Positions 26,119 through 35,040 of a stretch of DNA of 64,000 bases are shown one piece after another. The notes under the pieces were generated by a model, which did not search any database, had not been told where the DNA came from, and was given only the letters and a program-made list of their open reading frames with translations. Origin of the DNA: Candidatus Thorarchaeota archaeon (GTDB lineage Archaea; Asgardarchaeota; Thorarchaeia; Thorarchaeales; Thorarchaeaceae); the NCBI GenBank assembly GCA_016840685.1, contig JAEORX010000002.1, positions 28,852 through 92,851 on the forward strand. The letters are read 5' to 3'. Position numbers and translations under genes: made by a program. Position 1 is the stretch's first letter. Each line of letters begins with the position of its first letter.

Positions 26119-27435
26119 TTATAGATCGATTATTTTCTCTTCCATCTTAATATTGAGTGTTTCAAGTTCCTTGAGGATTGGTTCATAGATTTCTGAGATT
26201 ATGGGTCTGTGAACACCAGTTGGAGTGATTTTGCCATCTAGAATCATTTTACTAGCAATGGCAACTGGAAGAGCAACTGTTCTAGACATTGAACTGTCGC
26301 CATTCGGAATGCCATAGTCAATAAGAGTTGATGTGATTTTTTGTTTCTTATCAGGATACTCGACTAGGAACTCGTGATGCATTACTATCATGTCACGCTC
26401 TCCTGGTGCATACTGGAGTTTCTCTTCAAATAGATTGCAGAGTGCGTCTAAGATTGTGTTTGTACCTGAGGAGATTTTCTTCTCTTCAAAAAGACCAAGC
26501 CATTCCAAGCGGTTGATTATTTGATTTTCAGGCTCAATATTGCAGGTCTTGGCCACAGCTATCTTGATGTTTGTGTCTTTATTTGATGTCAATTCACGCA
26601 CTAAGTCGGCATATGTCATTCCTTCAAGAAACCGTTCTTCTATATTCAGAAGACCCAAGTCTGCAATCTTGTCTAGAGTTTCGCACCAGCCTACATTCCT
26701 GAGGGTTCCTCGAAGCATTGTTTTTGTTTCTTGAATATTATAGATTTCAATATATGAGAGACTATCACGGTTTGGATATCCTTCATAAACACCCATTCCA
26801 GGAATCTCCATGAGTTCACAGTTTTCAAAGAGTGAGGGGCCAGGAATCTTGATTTCTTTTCCATCTTGAAGAAACTGTGCGTCATTGCGTCCAGCTAAGA
26901 GAACCCCTCTTGGACTCCAGGATAGCTTGTAACCATACGGGTTGTCATTTGCATCAGGAGCTGGAAGACCACCAGTAAAAGAGGTGAAACTCATAATCTT
27001 CCCATTATCTTTATGAACTTCATCAATGATCTTCATGGCGCTCATGTGGTCTATGCCTGGATCAACTCCACATTCATTCAAGAGAAGGATTCCTGCTTTC
27101 TTCGCATCATTATCAAGAGACTTCATTTCGTTAGAGATGTATGATGTGGTGCAGAAGTGTTTCTTGTGTCTAATGGCAACCTTTGCAGCCTTGACATGAT
27201 AGGTGTAAGGTAGTAGAGAACAGACAAGGTCCACCTTGTTGGTGAGCTCCTCTAGGAGCTTGTCATCTTTTGCAATATTGAAGGCCACAGCCTCAGTGTT
27301 TTCACAGTTTTCAATTAGATGTTCAGCTTTACTTATTGTACGACTTGCGACAATCACATAGAAGCCATTATCTGATAGATATTGTATGAATGGGCGGGCT
27401 ACTAATCCTGCACCTAAACATAGTACTTTTTTCAT
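26119..27435 (-). CDS. Saccharopine dehydrogenase (L-glutamate-forming; LYS9 / AASS C-terminal-half-like)
   Basis: KKVLCLGAGLVARP Rossmann motif, SYISNEM, GVDPGIDHM. 438 aa. Confidence 0.85.
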   Translation of the reverse strand: MKKVLCLGAGLVARPFIQYLSDNGFYVIVASRTISKAEHLIENCENTEAVAFNIAKDDKLLEELTNKVDLVCSLLPYTYHVKAAKVAIRHKKHFCTTSYISNEMKSLDNDAKKAGILLLNECGVDPGIDHMSAMKIIDEVHKDNGKIMSFTSFTGGLPAPDANDNPYGYKLSWSPRGVLLAGRNDAQFLQDGKEIKIPGPSLFENCELMEIPGMGVYEGYPNRDSLSYIEIYNIQETKTMLRGTLRNVGWCETLDKIADLGLLNIEERFLEGMTYADLVRELTSNKDTNIKIAVAKTCNIEPENQIINRLEWLGLFEEKKISSGTNTILDALCNLFEEKLQYAPGERDMIVMHHEFLVEYPDKKQKITSTLIDYGIPNGDSSMSRTVALPVAIASKMILDGKITPTGVHRPIISEIYEPILKELETLNIKMEEKIIDL

Positions 27436-27437
27436 TC

Positions 27438-28751
27438 CTAGTTTTCCTCCTTTGGAAGATATTGCTCGAGGTACTGGTATTTTTCTGTCAATTCTCCTCG
27501 ATACACAATCACGGCATCTTTGAGTTCACGTGGTAAATCAAGATCTGAAAACGGTACAGTAAAATCTGCTTTTGCCAGAGCAGGAATGAAGTTAAGAATC
27601 GTTTCACTAAATGATGTAGACGACTCACGTGGTAACTCACAAGGGAGATTGTCAACAGCCACGACGACTGGTCCTTCGCCTTTCACACCTACTTCTGCTC
27701 GATTCTCGTTGATGATATAGGTGAATGCAGGTTTGTCCGGGCTTGTGCATCGCACTGTAAATTCTATTGCACCCTTGATATCACAAGAAATGTCGCCTAT
27801 TACTTGAAGCCTTCGATCATCCTTGTTCCAGTGACTACGAATGAAATCAACAGTTAGTAGGCGAGGATATTTGTTTGACCAATAGATGCAGTTCATTAAG
27901 ACTGTGACATAAGGAATGTGTTTATGAAACACACCAACATATTTTGAGTTTCCATACTTGTAATAGTCTTGGAGATCAAAACTATTGGAGGAATCTTTGG
28001 GTTCAACCATGTGTTCCTCTTTGAAGACACATTTGTAAAGTGAGTGTGATTCCGGAGATAATTCAGAGAGCTCTTCTGGAGTAATCGATTTGTGTGGGAG
28101 AATATCAAAAATCTCCTGAGCACCTTTGGAAACATTGCCATAACCTGCAAACCCTATGACAAATGGTATCAGCTCATGTGGGAGTCCTTGTTCCTTGATT
28201 CGGTTTCCAAGAAGTCTAAACTCCTCTCTTAGCTCTTCAAGCTCTCGTAATTCGAGCGTAGGTTTCATTCCAGCAAAGGGGTTAGGACTAATTCCGAGTA
28301 GTTCTAGACGTTTTCCGAGTATACGAAAAGTGTCAGAGATCCCAGCCATTCCAGCCCAGTTACCAAAAAATATCAGTCTTCGTCCATTATCGTCGACTAC
28401 TCTCTCATAGTCAATCAGTGTGGCACCAATATCAAGTATTTTTTTGAGCATGGGCATATTACTTGTCTGTCCCTTGATGGTATGGCTGAAAAAGATGTAT
28501 ACGGTATCTGCCTCAAAGATATCGATGGGTATCTCTTTTATCCCCAATACAACAGGTACACCACTGCCTTTTAGTGGAATCACGTTTGCCCTATCAAGAT
28601 TATATTCATCCTCTGAGAATGCTCGTTGATCACTTGGTTCTAACATGAAATCAATACTGTGTGTGTTGTGTAACAAGCTAACATGATCAGGTACTAGCGG
28701 AACACGAGTTTCGAATGGTTTCTCTTCCTTCCTAAGTCCAATCTTGTTCAT
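27438..28751 (-). CDS. Lysine-ketoglutarate reductase-like (AASS N-terminal-half-like); start taken at the internal ATG with a GGAGG upstream (ORF track extends to 28841)
   Basis: YIFFSHTIKGQTSNMPML, FAGYGNVSKGAQEIF, NCIYWSNKYPRLLT, GDISCDIKGAIEF, AVDNLPCELP and KDAVIVYRGELTEKYQYL closely parallel the human AASS LKR domain as I recall it. Confidence 0.85.
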   Translation of the reverse strand: MNKIGLRKEEKPFETRVPLVPDHVSLLHNTHSIDFMLEPSDQRAFSEDEYNLDRANVIPLKGSGVPVVLGIKEIPIDIFEADTVYIFFSHTIKGQTSNMPMLKKILDIGATLIDYERVVDDNGRRLIFFGNWAGMAGISDTFRILGKRLELLGISPNPFAGMKPTLELRELEELREEFRLLGNRIKEQGLPHELIPFVIGFAGYGNVSKGAQEIFDILPHKSITPEELSELSPESHSLYKCVFKEEHMVEPKDSSNSFDLQDYYKYGNSKYVGVFHKHIPYVTVLMNCIYWSNKYPRLLTVDFIRSHWNKDDRRLQVIGDISCDIKGAIEFTVRCTSPDKPAFTYIINENRAEVGVKGEGPVVVAVDNLPCELPRESSTSFSETILNFIPALAKADFTVPFSDLDLPRELKDAVIVYRGELTEKYQYLEQYLPKEEN

Positions 28752-28868
28752 CGACCATCCTCCATCTTTCTGTTCATAATAGACGTGGTGCCTAGGCCGT
28801 GGGCCAAGACACCCCCGCTTTAACTTTTCTCTGCCGGCCAAGTCAAATATTACTAAGACTCAAAATCC

Positions 28869-28880
28869 GAACACGTGTTC
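28869..28880. repeat. 12-bp perfect palindrome GAACACGTGTTC, copy 1 (abuts the ORB-like TTCAAGTGGTGAAT)
   Basis: Read directly. Confidence 0.9.
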
Positions 28881-28898
28881 TTCAAGTGGTGAATTCCA

Positions 28899-29186
28899 TT
28901 GACATTGTATTTGTATCTATATGATTGCCAACATGCAAGACGAACTAATGCCAGACGTGTTGCATTCACAAAAGAACTCTATGGATACATATACACATGG
29001 AAAACAAAGTCAGGTATCAAACAAAAACGGAAACCAGGTCTCTTGGATGAATGTCCTGGTACCGAGGCTGTTGCAGACTCGGCTATCTTGGTTCCCATGG
29101 AACACAAAGTCGTCTTTGATGCACTTTTTGAAACGTATGAAGATATCCTCAAATTGAAGATCTTTGAAGTTGTTACAGAAATATAG
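28899..29186 (+). CDS. Hypothetical small basic protein (95 aa, TTG start) bracketed by the palindromes; weak Cas2/VapD-like ferredoxin-fold impression
   Basis: LYLYLYDCQ..RRVAFTKELYGY..DSAILVP gives a beta-alpha-beta pattern. Competing ORFs exist in other frames, so coding status is uncertain. Confidence 0.3.
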   Translation: MTLYLYLYDCQHARRTNARRVAFTKELYGYIYTWKTKSGIKQKRKPGLLDECPGTEAVADSAILVPMEHKVVFDALFETYEDILKLKIFEVVTEI

Positions 29187-29192
29187 TATTTC

Positions 29193-29204
29193 GAACACGT
29201 GTTC
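29193..29204. repeat. Palindrome GAACACGTGTTC, copy 2
   Basis: Read directly. It lies 7 nt after the stop of the 95-aa ORF. Confidence 0.9.
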
Positions 29205-29244
29205 CAATCATTATTACTTGTATTACATTCTTATTTGATGATCT

Positions 29245-29258
29245 ATTTCCACTGGAAC
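29245..29258 (-). promoter_or_regulatory. mini-ORB (GTTCCAGTGGAAAT), overlapping palindrome copy 3
   Basis: The minus strand reads GTTCCAGTGGAAAT, which matches the conserved ORB core without a G-string. Confidence 0.7.
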
Positions 29259-29266
29259 ATGTGTTC
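29255..29266. repeat. Palindrome variant GAACATGTGTTC, copy 3
   Basis: Read directly. One substitution relative to the other copies. Confidence 0.85.
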
Positions 29267-29280
29267 CAAATTGAATCGGA

Positions 29281-29300
29281 CCCCCTTGTTTCCACTAGAG
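29281..29300 (-). promoter_or_regulatory. ORB element with G-string
   Basis: Minus strand reads CTCTAGTGGAAACAAGGGGG. Confidence 0.75.
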
Positions 29301-29425
29301 ATTATTAACATATATCTAATCGATAAAAAATCCAAAAATATATATAATAGTTTAATCAGCTGACCTTTATCTCCATTTTTTAAATGTATAATAATACTCG
29401 CTGAGAAAATTCTTCATTTGATCTT
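29301..29425. other. Candidate duplex unwinding element of oriC
   Basis: 125 bp with 27 G/C by hand count (~21% GC). Flanked by inverted ORBs. Confidence 0.65.
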
Positions 29426-29444
29426 TCGAGTGGAAATCAAGGGG
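29426..29444 (+). promoter_or_regulatory. ORB element with G-string (inverted relative to 29281..29300)
   Basis: Plus strand reads TCGAGTGGAAATCAAGGGG. Confidence 0.75.
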
Positions 29445-29501
29445 TCTTATGCAGATATAGTATAGTGAAGTATATAGAACACATGAGTGTAATATACACT
29501 A

Positions 29502-29513
29502 GAACACGTGTTC
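29502..29513. repeat. Palindrome GAACACGTGTTC, copy 4 (a half-site GAACACATGAG lies at 29477)
   Basis: Read directly. Confidence 0.9.
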
Positions 29514-29602
29514 TAAATGATATTCATGAATTGTTCAATACCACAAAACTGATACAGCACACACAATTCAAACCGAATCATCCATACGCGGAGGATTTGT
29601 GA

Positions 29603-31495
29603 TTGGCCAAGCCTAAGGAACTACTTGAGGACAAACCAGGGAAGGAAATACTTCTTCTTGCCAATGAGGCAATTGCTCGAGGTGTACTAGAGGCAGGGGT
29701 TCGATTAGTTGCACTCTATCCTGGTACACCAAGTAGTGAAATTGGAAACAATCTAACATTCATGGCACCGCATATTCCAAATTTCTACTTTGAATTCAGT
29801 ACAAATGAGAAAGTTGCTCTCGAGGTGGCTGGGGCAGCTGCGGTTGCAGGCGTCAGATCTATGATGGTCTGCAAAGGTCCTGGTCTCAATGTCGCTGCTG
29901 ATCCATTCTTTTCACTTGCATATGTAGGTGTCCGTGGAGGAATGGTAATTGTTGTTGCAGATGACCCAAGTATGTGGAGCTCACAAAACGAGAATGATAG
30001 CAGATACTATGCATTGATGGGAAACATGCCAATGATGGAACCTGCAGATCCCATTGAGTCAAAATCTATGTTACTTGAGGCATACAAATTCTCAGAAGAG
30101 CTGGAGCTTCCAGTCCTTTTCCGTACAACAACTAGAGTGAATCATACAAGAGCTCCTGTGAAATTTGGAGAAATCCTTCCACGTCCGGATAAAATTGAAT
30201 TTGAAAAAGAACCATTTCGTTTTGTTCCTGTTCCTGCCGTTGCTCGTACACGACACCCGTGGCTTCTTGGACAGATAGAAAAAGCACGTAAGCTATCCGA
30301 AAAGAGCCCACTAAACTTCACAGAGGGCAAGGGCGATCTTGGTATAATCACCTCTGGTGTTTCATATGACTATGTAATCGAAGCAACATCAAGTATGGAA
30401 ATTGAGGCTGAAGTCCTAAAACTAGGAATCACCCATCCAGTCCCTGAGAAGATGATTACAGATTTTCTAAGCCGCCACAAACAGGTATTGATTGTTGAGG
30501 AGCTCGAGCCATACCTTGAAACACATGCAAGACGACTGGCACACCTCAACAAAGTTTCAGTTGAGATTCTTGGAAAAGAACAAGGAATATTCTCCCGGAC
30601 CTATGAATACAGTCCAAGGATTGTCATGGACGCATTGAAAGCAGTTACTACACGTAATACACCTATTAACTGGGAGGAAATTGACAAGAAGACCAAAGAG
30701 CTTCCAGAGTTACCTCCAAGACCTCCACTCCTATGTGCTGGATGTCCACACAGAGCAACTTACTATGCAATCCGAGCAGCAACCAGGGGAAAAGCAATCT
30801 ATCCCTCTGACATCGGTTGTTACACTCTAAGTATAGCTCCTCCATTGGAAACTGCTGACATATTATTCGATATGGGATCCTCCATAACCACTGCATGTGG
30901 TCTCGCTGAGGTCACTGACCAAGATATTGTTGCTACAATTGGTGATAGCACATTTTTCGCTTCTGGACTTCCAGGTATTGCAAATGCAGTCTACAACCAA
31001 CATCGCATCTGTGTTATAGTACTCGACAATCGAACAACGGCAATGACCGGTCATCAACCACATCCTGGCACAGGAGTCACAGGAATGCAGAAACATGTCC
31101 CACCACTGGATATTGCAGAAGTATGCAAGGGTCTCGGTATTAGGTATGTAAAGACCGTCAAACCGTTTGAGTCCATGGCTGGTCTGGTCGCTGAAGTTCG
31201 AGAGATGGTCAAATGGACCAGAGAGAATCACAGTCCTTCAGTCCTAGTTTCAATTGAACCATGTGCTCTTCTCACCGCCGCAGAGCGGCAACGTACAGGT
31301 GAATCACCACCCAAATACTATGTCGACTCAGAGATCTGTAATGCATGCAAACGGTGCCTCAATAGACTCTCTTGTCCAGCAATGTATATGAACCCTGAAA
31401 CAGAGCAAGCAGTGATTGATGAAACTCTGTGTAATCTCTGTGGAACATGTGTTTCAGTGTGTCCTCAGGGTGCAATAAAACAGGAGGATACATGA
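29603..31495 (+). CDS. iorA: Indolepyruvate:ferredoxin oxidoreductase alpha subunit
   Basis: LLANEAIARGVLEAGV..YPGTPSSEI, a TPP-binding region and two C-terminal 4Fe-4S motifs (CNACKRC..CP, CNLCGTCVSVCP). TTG start after GGAGG. Confidence 0.9.
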   Translation: MAKPKELLEDKPGKEILLLANEAIARGVLEAGVRLVALYPGTPSSEIGNNLTFMAPHIPNFYFEFSTNEKVALEVAGAAAVAGVRSMMVCKGPGLNVAADPFFSLAYVGVRGGMVIVVADDPSMWSSQNENDSRYYALMGNMPMMEPADPIESKSMLLEAYKFSEELELPVLFRTTTRVNHTRAPVKFGEILPRPDKIEFEKEPFRFVPVPAVARTRHPWLLGQIEKARKLSEKSPLNFTEGKGDLGIITSGVSYDYVIEATSSMEIEAEVLKLGITHPVPEKMITDFLSRHKQVLIVEELEPYLETHARRLAHLNKVSVEILGKEQGIFSRTYEYSPRIVMDALKAVTTRNTPINWEEIDKKTKELPELPPRPPLLCAGCPHRATYYAIRAATRGKAIYPSDIGCYTLSIAPPLETADILFDMGSSITTACGLAEVTDQDIVATIGDSTFFASGLPGIANAVYNQHRICVIVLDNRTTAMTGHQPHPGTGVTGMQKHVPPLDIAEVCKGLGIRYVKTVKPFESMAGLVAEVREMVKWTRENHSPSVLVSIEPCALLTAAERQRTGESPPKYYVDSEICNACKRCLNRLSCPAMYMNPETEQAVIDETLCNLCGTCVSVCPQGAIKQEDT

Positions 31496-31496
31496 G

Positions 31497-32114
31497 ATGA
31501 GTCGTATTAATAGTAATACAGTGAATATTGCAATTACGGGAGTTGGAGGCCAAGGAGTTCTATCTCTCGCAGAGATTCTTGCAAAGGCAGCTCTAGAATC
31601 TGGTTTCAATGTCCGTGTCGGAGAGATTCATGGTATGGCCCAACGAGGAGGTCACGTTGTCTGTACTGTTCGTATTGGCGAGAATGCAAGAGGCCCAATT
31701 GTGGATCCTGGCTCAGCCCATCTTCTTGTGGGCTTTGAACCCATTGAGACTCTCAGGGAAATCCAGCTCGTGAAACAAGACGGCTGTGTCCTGATGAGCT
31801 CACACGTACAGCACCCTGTTGCAGTTTCGATGGGAAAAGCTGAATACCCCAATCACAAAGAGATAATCAAAAACATAAGAAACTACACAGACAGGATAAT
31901 CGAGTTTGACGCTCTCGAGCTGGCAAAGAAGGCAGGTAGTAGTCGTGCACTTAACATGGTCATGCTTGGAGCTATTATAGGTACTGGTCTCGTACCAGTC
32001 ACTAAGGAAACTGCAATCGATGTTGTCCGCACATCTTTCCCAAAGAGGTTCGAGCAAATTAATGTCGCTGCTACCAAATTTGGACTTGAAAAGGCACAAG
32101 CTTGCAAGAAATAG
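31497..32114 (+). CDS. iorB: Indolepyruvate:ferredoxin oxidoreductase beta subunit
   Basis: ITGVGGQGVLSLAEILAKAA..GEIHGMAQRGG. 205 aa. Confidence 0.9.
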   Translation: MSRINSNTVNIAITGVGGQGVLSLAEILAKAALESGFNVRVGEIHGMAQRGGHVVCTVRIGENARGPIVDPGSAHLLVGFEPIETLREIQLVKQDGCVLMSSHVQHPVAVSMGKAEYPNHKEIIKNIRNYTDRIIEFDALELAKKAGSSRALNMVMLGAIIGTGLVPVTKETAIDVVRTSFPKRFEQINVAATKFGLEKAQACKK

Positions 32115-32139
32115 TATTCTAATACTAGTATTACAATCA

Positions 32140-34542
32140 TTAATCAGCTATTTTTTCACCTATAATAGCCACTTGTCCAATTGAAACTCCACCATCACCT
32201 GGTGGGACATTAGTGTGTATAAGAGGTTTGAGTTTCTCTCCGCGAACACGATTAATCACTGCTCTTGTGATGATACGATTTAGAGCAACTCCTCCAGAAA
32301 AACCAACAAACTCTACATCGTTTTTCTTCGCTGCCTTGTTAGCAATATCAGCTAACGAATCTCCAAGAAACCATTGTGCTGCAAATGCAATCTCTCTTCT
32401 ACTATTGCCTTCCTCTGTTAACTTTAGTACTTGTACCAAGGCATCAGCTATATCCACATTGAGCTCCCTTCCAGATTCCTTAAATTTAGGTCTAATTCGT
32501 AAATCCGTTTCTTTCGCCGCAGCTTCAAGCTTCATTGGACACTCTCCATCATAGGAGTTCTCAGAACAAATACCTAACACCATAGCCGTTGCATCAAGAA
32601 ATCTTCCAGCGCTTGTGCTATGAATTGTGTTAATTTGTCTATCAAGCGAATCAATCAGAATATCTAATGTTTCTGAGGATGCAAAAGTGTTAGATCCTAT
32701 AGGTGCTGAATTGACTATCCGAAGAAGCTCTTTTCTTTCCATTGAACCGTTCAGGATTCCAATAACAGCTCTTGCAGCATAAATCGCCGAGAGATCACCA
32801 CCAGAATAATCTACACCAGTAAGGCCACCTACTCTCGAAAACTCTTTGAGATTTCCATACAGTACTTCACCTCCCCACCCATGATTATCTAGCCCAAATC
32901 CATACCCATCAGCTGTAATACAAACAATACTTGTATCAGGACTGAGAGAGTGATCCACAACGATAGACGCGAGATGAGCGTGATGGTGCTGAACCCGAAC
33001 GAGTGGAATACTCTGCTTTCCACTGATTTGTTCCGCAAGTTCTGTGGTCAAAAACTCAGGGTGTAAATCACATGCCACGCCATCAAGTCTTTCAATATCT
33101 AGCAGACGAAAGAGATGGTGTATTGCATCTGACAGAAAGTCTAAACTTTCAACCCGATTGATATCGCCAATATGTTGCGTTGGATATATTCTACCAGATT
33201 TCAATACAGCAGCAGTGACCTTTTCCTCTGGACCTACGCCAAGAGCATTGATAGACTTCCAGGAGTCTGTGAATCGAAGTGGATCAGGAACATATCCTCT
33301 TGCTCGTCGGATAAAGACTGGCTTATCTTCATCAACAAATTTGACAACTGAATCATCAGCTCTTTGATAGATTCTACGATTGTGAAGCAAGGAATAGTCG
33401 ACGATGCCTTTGAGTTCTGAAACAACAACTTCCGGTTCGATATACATTGGCACACCTGTAGGATTGGCGCTCGTCATCACTAAGGCTGGTTCATCTATAT
33501 ACTGAAAGAGAAGATGATGAACGGGAGCATAAGGCAACATGACTCCTACAGTATCAAGACCTGGTGCGATAATGTCTTGTACTTTAGTGGATATTAATTC
33601 AGATTCTGTTTTCTTATGCAAAAGTACAATTGGTCTTCGCCATGATGAAAGCAGTTTCTCTTCTATTGGTCTGAGATGCAAAATCTTTTCCAAGATAGAG
33701 AGGTTTCGCACCATGATTGCAAAGGGCCGCTGAAATCTCATCTTCCTTTGCCGAAGAATCTTGATTGCCTTAGAATCAGAAGTCCTTGTTGCTATGTGAG
33801 TTCCTGCTATACCTTGAATTGCGACAATCTTATCATTCTCAAGTAAATGAGCGACGTATCGAACGGGATCAACATCCTCAACACGCATACCATCTGAATC
33901 AACCAGTCTATAGACGGGTCCACATTTCTCACATGCTGTCGTCTGAGCATGGTATCGTCTATCAAGAGGGTCTGTATAACCTGTATTACAAGTATCACAT
34001 AGAGGAAAATCTAGCATGGTAGTATTTGGACGATCATATGGAAGATTGGTTATGGTTGAGAACCTTGGCCCGCATGCAGCACATGAAGTGAAAGGATACC
34101 CATACCATCTGGATTGTGAATCTGTTAGGTCTTCTATACATTCATCACACATCGCAATGTCAGGCGGCAAGACAGGAATCGATCCTGCTGTCCGCATCTT
34201 TAGTGATTTTCGTATCTCAAATGATTTGAAAGAACCTGTAGCATCTTTCCATTCAACGTTCAGTGAATCAATACGCGAAATGGATGGAGGATTTCTCTTA
34301 ATACTATCAATCAAAGAGTTGATATGCGACTCTTCTCCCTCTAGAACAATTTTAACTCCTGCATCACCTAGATTGAGAATGAATCCTTTCAGAGAAAGAG
34401 ATTCAGCAACATTGTACACAAAGGGTCTGAATCCAACTCCTTGGACTATACCTGTCACATGAATCTCAGCTCTTTTCTTCACTAGGTAAGACACCTTGAT
34501 GTTCTTGTAGCTGGTTTTGATATTAATCCAATGAAGTGGCAA
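32140..34542 (-). CDS. hypF: [NiFe]-hydrogenase maturation carbamoyltransferase HypF (start may be the GTG at 34494 or 34482)
   Basis: Acylphosphatase VTGIVQGVGFRPF, paired CxxC zinc fingers, a YrdC-like domain and a Kae1-like C-terminus. Confidence 0.95.
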   Translation of the reverse strand: MPLHWINIKTSYKNIKVSYLVKKRAEIHVTGIVQGVGFRPFVYNVAESLSLKGFILNLGDAGVKIVLEGEESHINSLIDSIKRNPPSISRIDSLNVEWKDATGSFKSFEIRKSLKMRTAGSIPVLPPDIAMCDECIEDLTDSQSRWYGYPFTSCAACGPRFSTITNLPYDRPNTTMLDFPLCDTCNTGYTDPLDRRYHAQTTACEKCGPVYRLVDSDGMRVEDVDPVRYVAHLLENDKIVAIQGIAGTHIATRTSDSKAIKILRQRKMRFQRPFAIMVRNLSILEKILHLRPIEEKLLSSWRRPIVLLHKKTESELISTKVQDIIAPGLDTVGVMLPYAPVHHLLFQYIDEPALVMTSANPTGVPMYIEPEVVVSELKGIVDYSLLHNRRIYQRADDSVVKFVDEDKPVFIRRARGYVPDPLRFTDSWKSINALGVGPEEKVTAAVLKSGRIYPTQHIGDINRVESLDFLSDAIHHLFRLLDIERLDGVACDLHPEFLTTELAEQISGKQSIPLVRVQHHHAHLASIVVDHSLSPDTSIVCITADGYGFGLDNHGWGGEVLYGNLKEFSRVGGLTGVDYSGGDLSAIYAARAVIGILNGSMERKELLRIVNSAPIGSNTFASSETLDILIDSLDRQINTIHSTSAGRFLDATAMVLGICSENSYDGECPMKLEAAAKETDLRIRPKFKESGRELNVDIADALVQVLKLTEEGNSRREIAFAAQWFLGDSLADIANKAAKKNDVEFVGFSGGVALNRIITRAVINRVRGEKLKPLIHTNVPPGDGGVSIGQVAIIGEKIAD

Positions 34543-34632
34543 AAACGCAACTGTATTACATGGAATACCAGTATCATCATCACTCTTTATAGGTCCTCTT
34601 AAGGCTGCTGTAGGAGAAATGATTGAGCAGCA

Positions 34633-35040
34633 TTGACGACACGTATCCGATCACTGGTCAGAGAACCCGAGGTAACAGCTTCCATACTTGCTTCAATCCC
34701 AGAGTGTCTCAGAGATGCTCTCAAAGAAGCAATCAACACAAGAGGGAGAGGAAGAAAATCCGTCTTAGTATCTAGTAATAGTATCACTAATAGATTCATC
34801 TTTTCTAGATGGGGTATCCGACCGTCTCAAAGAAGAAGATACAAAAACCTCTTCGCTTCGGTGAGAAAACAAAGCCGAGTCGTGTTTCAACATTTTCTTT
34901 TACGTGGTCGAATAGAATGGACTGATGATTCAGAAAGGCATGTTTTCGGAGTCTATAAATTTGATGAGATCAGAGGAAATTTAATTCTCGGATTTGTAGC
35001 AATGACGCCAGAATCAGAATGGACACTCTCCAAGAGGTAA
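34633..35040 (+). CDS. Hypothetical protein (weak ORF)
   Basis: 135-aa TTG-start ORF in a 720-bp gap. No recognisable motif and a poor RBS. Confidence 0.25.
   Translation: MTTRIRSLVREPEVTASILASIPECLRDALKEAINTRGRGRKSVLVSSNSITNRFIFSRWGIRPSQRRRYKNLFASVRKQSRVVFQHFLLRGRIEWTDDSERHVFGVYKFDEIRGNLILGFVAMTPESEWTLSKR

Noticed and set aside
28921-29207. Alternative ORFs 28921..29157 (plus strand) and 29010..29207 (minus strand) in the origin region
   Set aside because: They mutually overlap the 95-aa ORF. Their sequences look less protein-like, and at most one of the three can be real.
34915-34975. Two TGATGA boxes 38 nt apart as a C/D box sRNA; similar single boxes at about 57790 and in the tRNA-Leu intron
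   Set aside because: No CUGA D or D' boxes occur at the required spacing, and the boxes fall in a possible coding frame.
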